Assembly (NCBI GenBank): GCA_030834985.1
Contig: JAUQWV010000003.1
Coordinates: 64,656-128,655 of the forward strand
DNA: 64,000 nt
Source: Candidatus Dojkabacteria bacterium
Lineage (GTDB): Bacteria; Patescibacteriota; Dojkabacteria; J137
Direction: 5' to 3'
In this document: positions 32,777 to 41,607 of the stretch, piece by piece
How positions within the stretch are numbered: position 1 is the first letter of the stretch
Layout: each line of letters begins with the position of its first letter
Notes under the pieces: generated by a model
What the model was told of the DNA's origin: nothing
The model's database searches: none
Seen by the model: the letters and a program-made list of their open reading frames with translations, nothing else
Made by a program: the position numbers and the translations under genes

Positions 32777-33781
32777 ATGAAGATTATTGTTACAGGTGGG
32801 GCGGGCTACATTGGCTCTCATATGGTTTTATTATTAATTCAAAACGGTCATATACCTATTGTGATTGATAACTTTATTAATAGTAATGAATATAACCTCA
32901 ATAAAATAAAAGAGGTTACAGGTAAAGATTTCATTATTTACAAGAAAGATGTTCTAGAAGACCTAAGTGACATTGACACTAATGGTGTAAATGGAATAAT
33001 GCATTTTGCAGCTTTAAAGGCTGTAGGAGAATCAGTAGAAAAACCTGCAGAATACTATAAGAACAATGTAGCCGGCACAATTAATGTAGTTAACTTTGCA
33101 TTATCAAAAGGAATTAAAAACTTTATTTTTTCTTCAACTGCTGCAGTATATAGTGAGAAGGTAGAACCGCCTTTTAATGAAGAATCATCGGTTTATCCTG
33201 CTAATCCTTATGGATGGACTAAATATTTTTCTGAGCGTGTTCTACAAGATACTGCTCAGACAGGAAAACTTAACAGCGTAGCTTTAAGATACTTTAATGT
33301 GGCTGGAAATCAGGAAGATGGATTAATCGGTGAAATCGCTAAAGACCCTAAAAATTTAATCCCGTCTATTATAGTGTCGCATTTAGGTTATAGGCCTACT
33401 AATCTAAAAATATTTGGTAATGATTATCCAACACGAGATGGTACAGCAATTAGAGACTATATTCATGTATTAGATTTGTGTGAAGCTCATTTAAAAGCAC
33501 TAGAATATCTACAAACTCATTCCGGGCATTTTACCTTTAATCTAGGCTCTGAAAATGGGGCTACTATATTAGAAGTTTTAAAAACATTTGAAAAAGTTAC
33601 AAACACTAAACTTAATTACGAAATTGTTGATAGACGATCAGGCGATATTGCTGTATCTATCGCGAATCCAAACGAAGCAAAAAAAGTTTTAGGTTGGCAG
33701 TCAAAAAGAGATTTAAAACAAATGCTTGATTCAAGCTGGAAATGGTATAAATCTGGATTTAGAGAAGCAAATAATCTATAG
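32777..33781 (+). CDS. galE: UDP-glucose 4-epimerase
   Basis: GGAGYIGSH, FAALKAVGES, YGWTK, LRYFN, RDYIHV. Confidence 0.96.
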   Translation: MKIIVTGGAGYIGSHMVLLLIQNGHIPIVIDNFINSNEYNLNKIKEVTGKDFIIYKKDVLEDLSDIDTNGVNGIMHFAALKAVGESVEKPAEYYKNNVAGTINVVNFALSKGIKNFIFSSTAAVYSEKVEPPFNEESSVYPANPYGWTKYFSERVLQDTAQTGKLNSVALRYFNVAGNQEDGLIGEIAKDPKNLIPSIIVSHLGYRPTNLKIFGNDYPTRDGTAIRDYIHVLDLCEAHLKALEYLQTHSGHFTFNLGSENGATILEVLKTFEKVTNTKLNYEIVDRRSGDIAVSIANPNEAKKVLGWQSKRDLKQMLDSSWKWYKSGFREANNL

Positions 33782-33788
33782 TACGAAT

Positions 33789-35135
33789 ATGAATACAAAG
33801 ATATTCAAAAATCGTACTGAATTTCTTTTCTTCTTTGCTTTATTGATTGTTGCGGCTATTGGCAGCGCTTCTGTTTATTTATTTAAATTGAACGGTCCTC
33901 CCATAAGATCAGATGGACTAGGGTACTATGTCTATTTACCTTCTGTTTTTATCTATAACGATATTTCTTTAAACAAATTCGTTGAAGCATATTCTGCCGA
34001 TTATGGTGATGAAATTCAAGATACCTGGAACGGTGCTACTAAGTATCAAGATACCGGAAAATATTTAAATAAATATCCAGTCGGTGTAGCAGTAATGGCA
34101 TTTCCTTTTTTTATAATTGCTCATATTACAACTATATTTATAAATAATTTTGTTTATTTTCCGCCTGACGGATTTTCTTCTAATCTATATCAGGCAATGC
34201 AGTCTATTTCAGGAACAATTTACGCCCTACTTGGTTTATTTATATTAAAAAGGATATTAGACCGATATTTCAAACCGACTATAGTTTACTTTTCTTTGAT
34301 TATTCTTACCTTTGGTACAAATCTATTTCACTACTTTACTTATGACGCCGGGTTTAGTCATACATATTCATTACTTTTAATATCGCTCTTTTTATTTTTA
34401 ACAATCAGATGGCATAATAATCCTTCTAAACTAAATTCTATTCTTATCGGCTTAACAACAGGCTTAATTACAATTGTACGACCTACAAATTTATTAATAG
34501 TACTTTTCTTTTTACTTTGGGAGTTTGAACTTGGTTCTATACGCGCCAAATTAAAAGAAAAATGGAATTTATTTATTAAAAATTATAAAAATATCCTGCT
34601 TATTATTATCTCTGGATTAATAGTAGTTAGCATTCAACTTTTATACTGGTATGCAATAACGGGAAAATTTATTGTCTATTCTTATGGAGAAGAAGGCTTT
34701 AATCTTACAAAGCCAGAAGTTTTAAATGTATTGTTCAGTATTCGTAAAGGTTTATTCTTCTGGGCACCAGCATTGCTCTTAATAATTCCTGGTTTCTATT
34801 TAATGTATAAAAAACTCAAAAAATTCTTTATAGCAAGCGTGGTATTTTTACTTATATATTTATGGATAGCTTCTAGCTGGTGGCACTGGCCGTACGGCGG
34901 TGGCTTTGGTATGAGAGCTTTAATTGATACATTTCCGATTTTAATATTCCCTTTAGCACTGACTTTTGAACGAATAGTAAATATCAGAAGTAAATTCTGG
35001 CGTCATTTTGTGTATGCAGTAATCTTTTTATTATGCGTCTTTACAACTTACATGATGATTCAATACTGGCGAGGACTTATACCTCCGGATGGTACAGATT
35101 GGAATGTCCTTACTAATGCTTTGGAGTTTATTTAA
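33789..35135 (+). CDS. GT-C-like multi-TM glycosyltransferase
   Basis: RSDGLGYY, NKYPVG, WPYGGGFGMR; paralog of 13321..14691; start set to ATG 33789. Confidence 0.75.
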   Translation: MNTKIFKNRTEFLFFFALLIVAAIGSASVYLFKLNGPPIRSDGLGYYVYLPSVFIYNDISLNKFVEAYSADYGDEIQDTWNGATKYQDTGKYLNKYPVGVAVMAFPFFIIAHITTIFINNFVYFPPDGFSSNLYQAMQSISGTIYALLGLFILKRILDRYFKPTIVYFSLIILTFGTNLFHYFTYDAGFSHTYSLLLISLFLFLTIRWHNNPSKLNSILIGLTTGLITIVRPTNLLIVLFFLLWEFELGSIRAKLKEKWNLFIKNYKNILLIIISGLIVVSIQLLYWYAITGKFIVYSYGEEGFNLTKPEVLNVLFSIRKGLFFWAPALLLIIPGFYLMYKKLKKFFIASVVFLLIYLWIASSWWHWPYGGGFGMRALIDTFPILIFPLALTFERIVNIRSKFWRHFVYAVIFLLCVFTTYMMIQYWRGLIPPDGTDWNVLTNALEFI

Positions 35136-35170
35136 AATTCTTATTCAAGAAAATGAGGACTAGCTATCTC

Positions 35171-35584
35171 CTAAGTAGGTAATTTCATTTGGTCACCATT
35201 TTCATTTGCGTCTGTAGTATCCGTTTGATCAATATCAACTGATTTAATAATATGAGCTTCGTGTATATCATATCCATTGACTCTATCCTCTTTGAGAACG
35301 GTTCCAGATTTAAACTGGCTGAATTGTTTAGTCACATAGTCCGTTTTAGTAAATAAACCAACTCGGGCAATATTTACGGCATCTTCTGTGAATACTTTAA
35401 CTAGTAGATTTAGAATCTCACGAAATTGACTCTTTTGAATCTCTTTATCAGCCGAAACCCAATCAGCAGATATAATAACAGACCAGGAATCTACAAAATT
35501 ATCCATTCTCGATACAACATAGAGAATTACTGGGCCATTCATTTGTTCAATTTGTTCTAACAATAGTTTGAATTTTTCTACCAT
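35171..35584 (-). CDS. Hypothetical protein coupled to the HEPN gene
   Basis: Its ATG overlaps the HEPN stop (ATGGTAG). Confidence 0.7.
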   Translation of the reverse strand: MVEKFKLLLEQIEQMNGPVILYVVSRMDNFVDSWSVIISADWVSADKEIQKSQFREILNLLVKVFTEDAVNIARVGLFTKTDYVTKQFSQFKSGTVLKEDRVNGYDIHEAHIIKSVDIDQTDTTDANENGDQMKLPT

Positions 35585-36018
35585 CTTTTTTTTATAACTC
35601 TTAGAACTCCAGTCTGTGGATCGGTTAAATTATTATATAATGACTTGACTTTTGTTTCATCCCAGACCCTAGGAGCAGTGCTGCTGCTTGGGATTTGATA
35701 TCTCATAGATACCCAATTATCAGGATACTCACTAATAAAAGCTGACCAACTATTAAATTCATCTGCATTACCAGAAGGAGAAAATATTTTATTCAACCCC
35801 GCTAACACTTTTAACTCAACAAATTCATGAGTTTTAAAATGTTTCTTTTCTGGATATGATGAAAGTTGTAATTTATTGCATATTAAAGCTTTTAGCGCAC
35901 ATTCTAACGCATGACCTAACATATATGCAGCTGCTTCCCAATCCTCCGCCCGCATTAAAATCTTTGCAGACTTCAGATGCGCATTACAACTTTTCTTAAA
36001 TGAGTCACGATCAGGCAT
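35578..36018 (-). CDS. HEPN-domain protein
   Basis: LKSAKIL..., AAYMLGHALECALKA, KTHEF, MRY; start probably ATG 36018. Confidence 0.8.
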   Translation of the reverse strand: MPDRDSFKKSCNAHLKSAKILMRAEDWEAAAYMLGHALECALKALICNKLQLSSYPEKKHFKTHEFVELKVLAGLNKIFSPSGNADEFNSWSAFISEYPDNWVSMRYQIPSSSTAPRVWDETKVKSLYNNLTDPQTGVLRVIKKRW

Positions 36019-36107
36019 TGACTTATACGTCAATTAATTATTGGCGAATTATATCATGTGATTAACAGACTCCATCTGATTTACTAGAAATATATAAAAA
36101 TAGCCAA

Positions 36108-37424
36108 TTATAGCTTTAATTCCATCTGCTCTCCGCTTTTCATATCCTTAAGAATATACTTACCTTCTGCCAGCTCATTTTCGCCCAGAATCACTACGTA
36201 ATCAGCTTGAATTTTATTAGCATAATCTAGAGCTTTTCCAAGTTTTTGAGGCTCTAATCCCACCTTTACAATATTCTTTTCTCCCTGCCTTAAAATACTT
36301 GCTAAATTAAGCACTTTATTGGACAAGTTTTCTTGCAAAATCGGTACATAATAGGTCTTAAAATCTTCTTGGTCTATATTTAAAAGACCATATTCCTCTA
36401 AAAATATCTTTGTAGTTTCATCTCCCGGAGCAAAACCTACTGCAGGAAAAGACTGCCCGCCAAAGATACTAGCTAACCCATTGTATCTGCCACCGCCGAA
36501 TAATGATCTAAAAGATTCACTAGTTTTAAGTTGTCCTTTTCGTTTTAAATAATCCTTTTTATCAAAAACTTCAAAGACCATACCATCGTAGTAATCAAAG
36601 CCTCGCACCATGGATGGATTATATTTTGTATATTCTCTTAAACCTAAGCCTTCTAGTTTGCTGTCAATTAACATAGCAGGTTTTACATTTTCAGTGTCTT
36701 TAAAATATGTGGCATAAACTTCTGCAACAGCTGCTTCTTCTAAATTTAAAAAGTCTATTAAAAATGATGGATTATCGATTTTGGCACCTACTTCCTGCCT
36801 TAATCTAATAATAAATTCATCATTATTTATTTTGCCAAATTTATCTAGAATTCTTGTTGCTTCAGATATTTTAGATTTATCTACTTTTAAAAAGTCTGTG
36901 ACAAGCGATTCGATTAATCGGCGATCATTGTAATAAACAATAAATTGATCTTTAGTTGCCCCAAATTCTCGCATAATCTCAATTGCTAGCTGCAGAATTT
37001 CTATATCAGCATTAATCGAATCGCTGCCAAAAATATCGCAGTTAAGCTGCCAGAATTCACGGTTCCTACCTTTTTGAGGTTTTTCATTTCTTAAAAAGTT
37101 AGCAATAGAAAAAAGCCTTATTGGCTTAGGGGAGCTTTCGTATATTTTACTAACCATTCTTGTTACAGATGGTGTCATTTCGGGCCTTATAGCTAATTCA
37201 CGGCCTGCTCTGTCTACCATAGTCATTAACTCTTTACCACCTACATCCTCCCCTGATTTTGCCCTATAAACATCTGCACTTTCTATTATAGGTGTTAGAT
37301 ATTCTTCGTATCCAAAGCTTAGGCAGACCTTTCGCCAAGTATCGAATATATATTTTCTTTTTGCATACTCCAAAGGAAGCCAATCACTTGTACCTTTTGG
37401 AGGCTGATTTGATATTTGATTCAT
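36108..37424 (-). CDS. hisS: Histidine--tRNA ligase
   Basis: PKGTSD, IRPEMT, RNEKPQKGRNREFWQ, VRGFDYY, GGGRY. Confidence 0.97.
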   Translation of the reverse strand: MNQISNQPPKGTSDWLPLEYAKRKYIFDTWRKVCLSFGYEEYLTPIIESADVYRAKSGEDVGGKELMTMVDRAGRELAIRPEMTPSVTRMVSKIYESSPKPIRLFSIANFLRNEKPQKGRNREFWQLNCDIFGSDSINADIEILQLAIEIMREFGATKDQFIVYYNDRRLIESLVTDFLKVDKSKISEATRILDKFGKINNDEFIIRLRQEVGAKIDNPSFLIDFLNLEEAAVAEVYATYFKDTENVKPAMLIDSKLEGLGLREYTKYNPSMVRGFDYYDGMVFEVFDKKDYLKRKGQLKTSESFRSLFGGGRYNGLASIFGGQSFPAVGFAPGDETTKIFLEEYGLLNIDQEDFKTYYVPILQENLSNKVLNLASILRQGEKNIVKVGLEPQKLGKALDYANKIQADYVVILGENELAEGKYILKDMKSGEQMELKL

Positions 37425-37444
37425 AAAATAATTTTAACAGAATT

Positions 37445-37475
37445 AAGACAAAGAAAACCCTCCGATATGGAGGGC
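37445..37475 (-). terminator. Attenuator (3:4) intrinsic terminator in the hisS leader
   Basis: GCCCUCC-AUAUC-GGAGGGU followed by UUUCUUUGUCUU. Confidence 0.85.
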
Positions 37476-37503
37476 GTAAAATTCATATAGAAATATACCC
37501 TCC

Positions 37504-37554
37504 TTATGGAAGGTGATGGTGGTTTGTTGTATAACCTAATCCCTTAGTACTCAT
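37504..37554 (-). CDS. His leader peptide MSTKGLGYTTNHHHLP
   Basis: ATG AGT ACT AAG GGA TTA GGT TAT ACA ACA AAC CAC CAT CAC CTT CCA TAA, directly upstream of the terminator and hisS. Confidence 0.85.
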   Translation of the reverse strand: MSTKGLGYTTNHHHLP

Positions 37555-37561
37555 ATGCCTT

Positions 37562-37570
37562 ATTATATCA
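37562..37570 (-). promoter_or_regulatory. Extended -10 promoter TGATATAAT, 7 nt before the leader-peptide ATG
   Basis: Consensus TGnTATAAT at leaderless spacing. Confidence 0.7.
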
Positions 37571-37575
37571 TAGGA

Positions 37576-38523
37576 TTAGAGCTTTGTTATTTTTGTCAGA
37601 TAAAAAGCAGTGAATTCATTATTTGGAATTACTCTAATTGTTTTTCTTAAACTTTCATTAAAGATTTTATTCTTATACTCTGTAATTCCATTTTGTAGAT
37701 TTGAAAGGTTTAAATTAATATCAACTATTTTTGCATCTTGATTCTTTTTTAAAAACCAGTCAACAACCGCTTCATTTTCTTCAACACTATAAGTACAAGT
37801 TGAATAAATTAATGTTCCTTTTGGTTTTAACATTTTAAATGCAGAGTTTAAAAGTCCACGCTGAAGCTTAGAAATATTTTTTGCATTTGATAATTTCCAT
37901 TCTTTTAAAGAATCTTCGTTATTTAAATTAATTTGAGCTTCAGTTGTACAAGGAACATCGACTAATACTTTATCAAAATAATTTGTTAATTCTGGTTTAA
38001 TAAAAATGATTCTATTTGCATCCGCGTTAATATAAGTTACATTTTTTACTTCATTATTTATTAAATTTTCTTTGAGTTTAAAAAATCTATTTCGATTTTT
38101 TTCAATTGCTGTAACTTGTGCATTATTATTTGTTAAGTTTTGAATTAAAGAAGTTTTGCTTCCGGGTGAAGCACACATATCTAATATTTCTTCATTTTCT
38201 GCAGGAGCTAGTTCTATTACTGGTAAAGCGCTTGAAGGTTCCTGAATATAAATTAGTTTATCATTAAAAACTTTTGTTTTTGATAAAAACTCAGAACCCT
38301 TTGTAACTATATAAAAATTTTCTAAAGAAATTTTTGTAAATTCAATTCCTTCATTTTTTAAATTCTCTAAAGTTTCGTTTACGTTTTGCGGTTTTAAAAA
38401 GTTTATTCTAAAAGTTTTTACTCTATCTAAGTAATGTGTTTTTAAAACCGCACTTGAATCGTTTTTATAAACTTCTTCTAATTTTTTTGTAAATTGTAAC
38501 AATTTCTCTTCAAAAATCTGCAT
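37576..38523 (-). CDS. RsmB/RsmF (NOL1/NOP2) RNA m5C methyltransferase
   Basis: YIQEPSS, LDMCASPGSKT, LVDVPC, IYSTCT..EENE. Confidence 0.9.
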   Translation of the reverse strand: MQIFEEKLLQFTKKLEEVYKNDSSAVLKTHYLDRVKTFRINFLKPQNVNETLENLKNEGIEFTKISLENFYIVTKGSEFLSKTKVFNDKLIYIQEPSSALPVIELAPAENEEILDMCASPGSKTSLIQNLTNNNAQVTAIEKNRNRFFKLKENLINNEVKNVTYINADANRIIFIKPELTNYFDKVLVDVPCTTEAQINLNNEDSLKEWKLSNAKNISKLQRGLLNSAFKMLKPKGTLIYSTCTYSVEENEAVVDWFLKKNQDAKIVDINLNLSNLQNGITEYKNKIFNESLRKTIRVIPNNEFTAFYLTKITKL

Positions 38524-38693
38524 ATAGTTTTGATTACTAATAGAATGATTATCGCTTAATTTATTTATCTATTCAATAAATAAACGATTATATACCGTTG
38601 CTAAGTAATGAATGTTCAAATCTGCAAATATTGACATCTGCTTCAAATTACTTCACACTGTATATAAGTCTTTTATTTATTATCTTTTTTACA

Positions 38694-38879
38694 ATGGCAG
38701 TAAAAAGAAAGACTACAGCAAAGAGAAAGCCTGCAGCTCGAAAGACTGTAAGAAAAACTGTGGCTAAAAGAAAACCAGCAGCTCGAAAGACTGCTAGAAA
38801 AACTGTAGCAAAAAGAAAGCCTGCAGCTCGAAAGGCTGTAAGGAAACCTGCAGCAAGAAGAACAACTAAGAGAAAGTAA
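38694..38879 (+). CDS. Histone H1-like basic protein (61 aa)
   Basis: MAVKRKTT followed by about three AKRKPAARKTxRKTV repeats; TTGACA at 38631; start set to ATG 38694. Confidence 0.8.
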   Translation: MAVKRKTTAKRKPAARKTVRKTVAKRKPAARKTARKTVAKRKPAARKAVRKPAARRTTKRK

Positions 38880-38900
38880 ATCTTAGGGACTTTTTAATGC

Positions 38901-38930
38901 AAAAATTCCCTGCTTATGCGGGGAATTTTT
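38901..38930. terminator. Bidirectional intrinsic terminator
   Basis: AAAAATTCCC-TGCTTATGCG-GGGAATTTTT between convergent genes. Confidence 0.85.
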
Positions 38931-40241
38931 TTAGGAGTTCTTTTCTAAAGAGAAGTTTAAAGATTGTTTCTTAAATACTCCAACAAGCCATTTGTGACTT
39001 CTTTGTACATGATCAATCTTTACTACACTTAAGCCTGCTTTTCTTGCTCGGCTTTCTAATTCTTCTACTGTAAACAAGTGATAAAATCTTTTCATATCAG
39101 CATATCTTTTCTTTTCACGCTCATAAATTTCTCCTTCTCCTTCACGAACAATTACATACAATACTCCATTTTCAACTAAACCATCTGAAAGTTTTTTAAA
39201 TACCGGATCTAAATTCTCTTCAGGAATATGATGCAAAGAATCTCTAGCCCAAATTCCTTTATATTTATTTTTAGATAAATCGTAAGTTGTAATATCTGCA
39301 TTAATAATTTCTGCATTTGGAGTTTCAACTGACGCCATATCCGCAAATCTCTTTACCATCTCAATTCCGGTAACTGCATATTTTGTAGATAAATATTTTG
39401 TATCGTTACCAGGACCACAGCCCACATCTAATACTTGAGCGGGAGGATTTACCATAGAAATAAATTCATCAAGCTGTTTTTGTGCAACATTTTTACCAAC
39501 AGTTGCTGCCTGATATTGCTCTGCAACCTTTTTGTAAGCTTCTGCAGTAACTTTTACTTTCGGATTAATAATAAAGCCAGCTTCATCACCATCTCTTGGT
39601 TTTAAATCTAATTTCTGATACATCTCTTCAAAAGATTGAATTAATGCAAGTACTTGTTCAGGTGTAGTCGCTCGTTTTAATACTGCCATTTCTACATCAT
39701 CTATATACATTGTTCTTTGGAATGCTTCTATTAATTCATCCCAGAAATCACCGTATAAAATTACTGGTTTATGTGTTCCATAATAAAGTTTTGCTAAACA
39801 CCAAACCATTCCAAATTCAGAAACTGTTCCTGTTCCTCCTTTGCAAACCACAAAAACATCTCCATGCTCTATTAAACCTAAAGTTCGCATTACATAATTT
39901 GAATAAGTTTCTGATTCGTCAGTTAGGTTTGCAGTGTTTTTGCCCTCAAAGTGCGCAGCAAGTTTAGGCTCCCAATATATAGCAACAGTACGCCCTCCAA
40001 CTTGCTGCGCCCCATCAGTTGCTGCCTGCATAATGCCAGGGCCTCCTCCATCTACAATCGTATAACCACTCTTTGCTAATAGCTCAGCGGTTTCTTTAAC
40101 AGACTCAAATATAGGATCACCTTCCGGAATTGCAGAATCTCCAAAAAAGGTTACTTTATTAATTAATTTAGTAGTTGTTTCTATTACCTGCGCTGTATTA
40201 TCCACCTTTTCATCAGGCTTACCTGTAGGAATTTCAGTCAT
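38931..40241 (-). CDS. LOG/SLOG-family domain fused to class I SAM methyltransferase
   Basis: N-half: VTFFG, GGGPGIM, R, KGGTGTVSE, KPVILYG..FW; C-half: LDVGCGPG, IWARDSLHH. Confidence 0.85.
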   Translation of the reverse strand: MTEIPTGKPDEKVDNTAQVIETTTKLINKVTFFGDSAIPEGDPIFESVKETAELLAKSGYTIVDGGGPGIMQAATDGAQQVGGRTVAIYWEPKLAAHFEGKNTANLTDESETYSNYVMRTLGLIEHGDVFVVCKGGTGTVSEFGMVWCLAKLYYGTHKPVILYGDFWDELIEAFQRTMYIDDVEMAVLKRATTPEQVLALIQSFEEMYQKLDLKPRDGDEAGFIINPKVKVTAEAYKKVAEQYQAATVGKNVAQKQLDEFISMVNPPAQVLDVGCGPGNDTKYLSTKYAVTGIEMVKRFADMASVETPNAEIINADITTYDLSKNKYKGIWARDSLHHIPEENLDPVFKKLSDGLVENGVLYVIVREGEGEIYEREKKRYADMKRFYHLFTVEELESRARKAGLSVVKIDHVQRSHKWLVGVFKKQSLNFSLEKNS

Positions 40242-40250
40242 AAATAAGTG

Positions 40251-40892
40251 CTACGCAGCTAAGGCGTCTTCTAATAATTTAAAGGCTCTTGCTTTATCTT
40301 CTGCTTTTGTAAAATATGAGCCTACACTTATTCTATTGATTGGAGCATCTTTTATCAAGTGGATAGTTTCAAGATTAATTCCGCCGTCAACACTTATATT
40401 ACCTTTGTAGCCTAAATCTCTTAGAGCTTTTATCCTATCTAACACTTTAGGATTAAACTCACTGCCCTGCCATCCTGTTTTTATTGACATAAATTGTACT
40501 TCGGCAAATTGGTTGTAAAAATCCAGGTTTAATAAATCAGTTTCTAGTTTAACTGAAACTGCTTTTAACCAGTTTGCCGGCCATTCAAACTCTTTTAAAT
40601 ATTCTAAGTTACTTTCCTGATGTAAGTATATTCTTGCTGCATGACCATCAATCCCACTGTTGTAAATGTTATATAAATCTTCTTTTGGATCATCAACCAT
40701 TAAGTGGAAGCCTAAGTCAGTTTTACTAGTATCAACTAAATCTTTAATATCAATAATCTGCAACGTTGTATTCTCAACAAACGGTGGACGGACAATATCT
40801 ATATCTATTGAGTCAGTAAAGGATAGGTCTTTTATCAAAGACCTAAATTCCTCTAAATCATTTGTTAGTATTGCAGGCGTTATTTTAACCAT
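40251..40892 (-). CDS. rpe: Ribulose-phosphate 3-epimerase (divergent)
   Basis: ITPAIL, FHLMV, MSIKTGWQG, VDGGIN, VGS. Confidence 0.8.
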   Translation of the reverse strand: MVKITPAILTNDLEEFRSLIKDLSFTDSIDIDIVRPPFVENTTLQIIDIKDLVDTSKTDLGFHLMVDDPKEDLYNIYNSGIDGHAARIYLHQESNLEYLKEFEWPANWLKAVSVKLETDLLNLDFYNQFAEVQFMSIKTGWQGSEFNPKVLDRIKALRDLGYKGNISVDGGINLETIHLIKDAPINRISVGSYFTKAEDKARAFKLLEDALAA

Positions 40893-40901
40893 AAATCTAT
40901 A

Positions 40902-41540
40902 TTACTGTACCAAATCTAAATTGCCAACAATTGAGTCATTACTTGGCCTGTATAAAATTAATTTATTTTCAATAACAAATATTGCAATAACATCACTAAC
41001 GGCAGCGTTATTATAAAATGCTGAATTTACATCTTTAAGATCTTCTAAGTCTGTTGTTATTTGTTTTAAGTACGGTGCTTCAGCACTATCTTGCGAAATA
41101 ATCCCTTGTTCTTTTGCCTTTGCTATTAATTTTTCTGCAATATCTTTTTGATTTTCTAAAAAGATCTGATTAGGAGTTGGACCCTCATAAATAATTCTAT
41201 TTTCACTTTCTCTAAAGATGATCATTTTAGTTGAATAGATCACTAAGTAATCTTGATCTAATGCATCTTTATATACTTGAGCACTTTCCAAATCTTGTTC
41301 TTTTAACTGCTCTGAACTAGGAAAACTATTTACACCAAGTTGACCCATTGCTAATGGAGTTTCATTTGGTATCGAAGTTAAAGTACTTATCTTATTAATC
41401 AATTGGTTTGCTGAAAATTGATTCAGCAAGCCTACAGGATTTAAAAATACTATTAAGATTAGTATTTGCACTACAATAATTGCTGCCACCAAAAATTTTG
41501 TAGAACTCACAATTTTTAATAATTTCTTTAGTTTTTCCAT
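40902..41540 (-). CDS. Membrane-anchored hypothetical protein with an internal duplication
   Basis: N-terminal TM; two copies of a Y..A...D....I....K.I..R.S...I unit. Confidence 0.7.
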   Translation of the reverse strand: MEKLKKLLKIVSSTKFLVAAIIVVQILILIVFLNPVGLLNQFSANQLINKISTLTSIPNETPLAMGQLGVNSFPSSEQLKEQDLESAQVYKDALDQDYLVIYSTKMIIFRESENRIIYEGPTPNQIFLENQKDIAEKLIAKAKEQGIISQDSAEAPYLKQITTDLEDLKDVNSAFYNNAAVSDVIAIFVIENKLILYRPSNDSIVGNLDLVQ

Positions 41541-41607
41541 ATATATAAGAATAATCTAAAAAGCCCTAAAAACAAAATAATATAAATAATTGATATAATT
41601 GCCCCAT

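Noticed and set aside
33726-33788. Upstream start of the GT-C ORF overlapping galE
   Set aside because: ATG 33789, just after the galE stop, is more parsimonious.
38700-38870. CRISPR-like or non-coding tandem repeat
   Set aside because: The repeats are in-frame 45-nt coding units with synonymous variation and no spacers.
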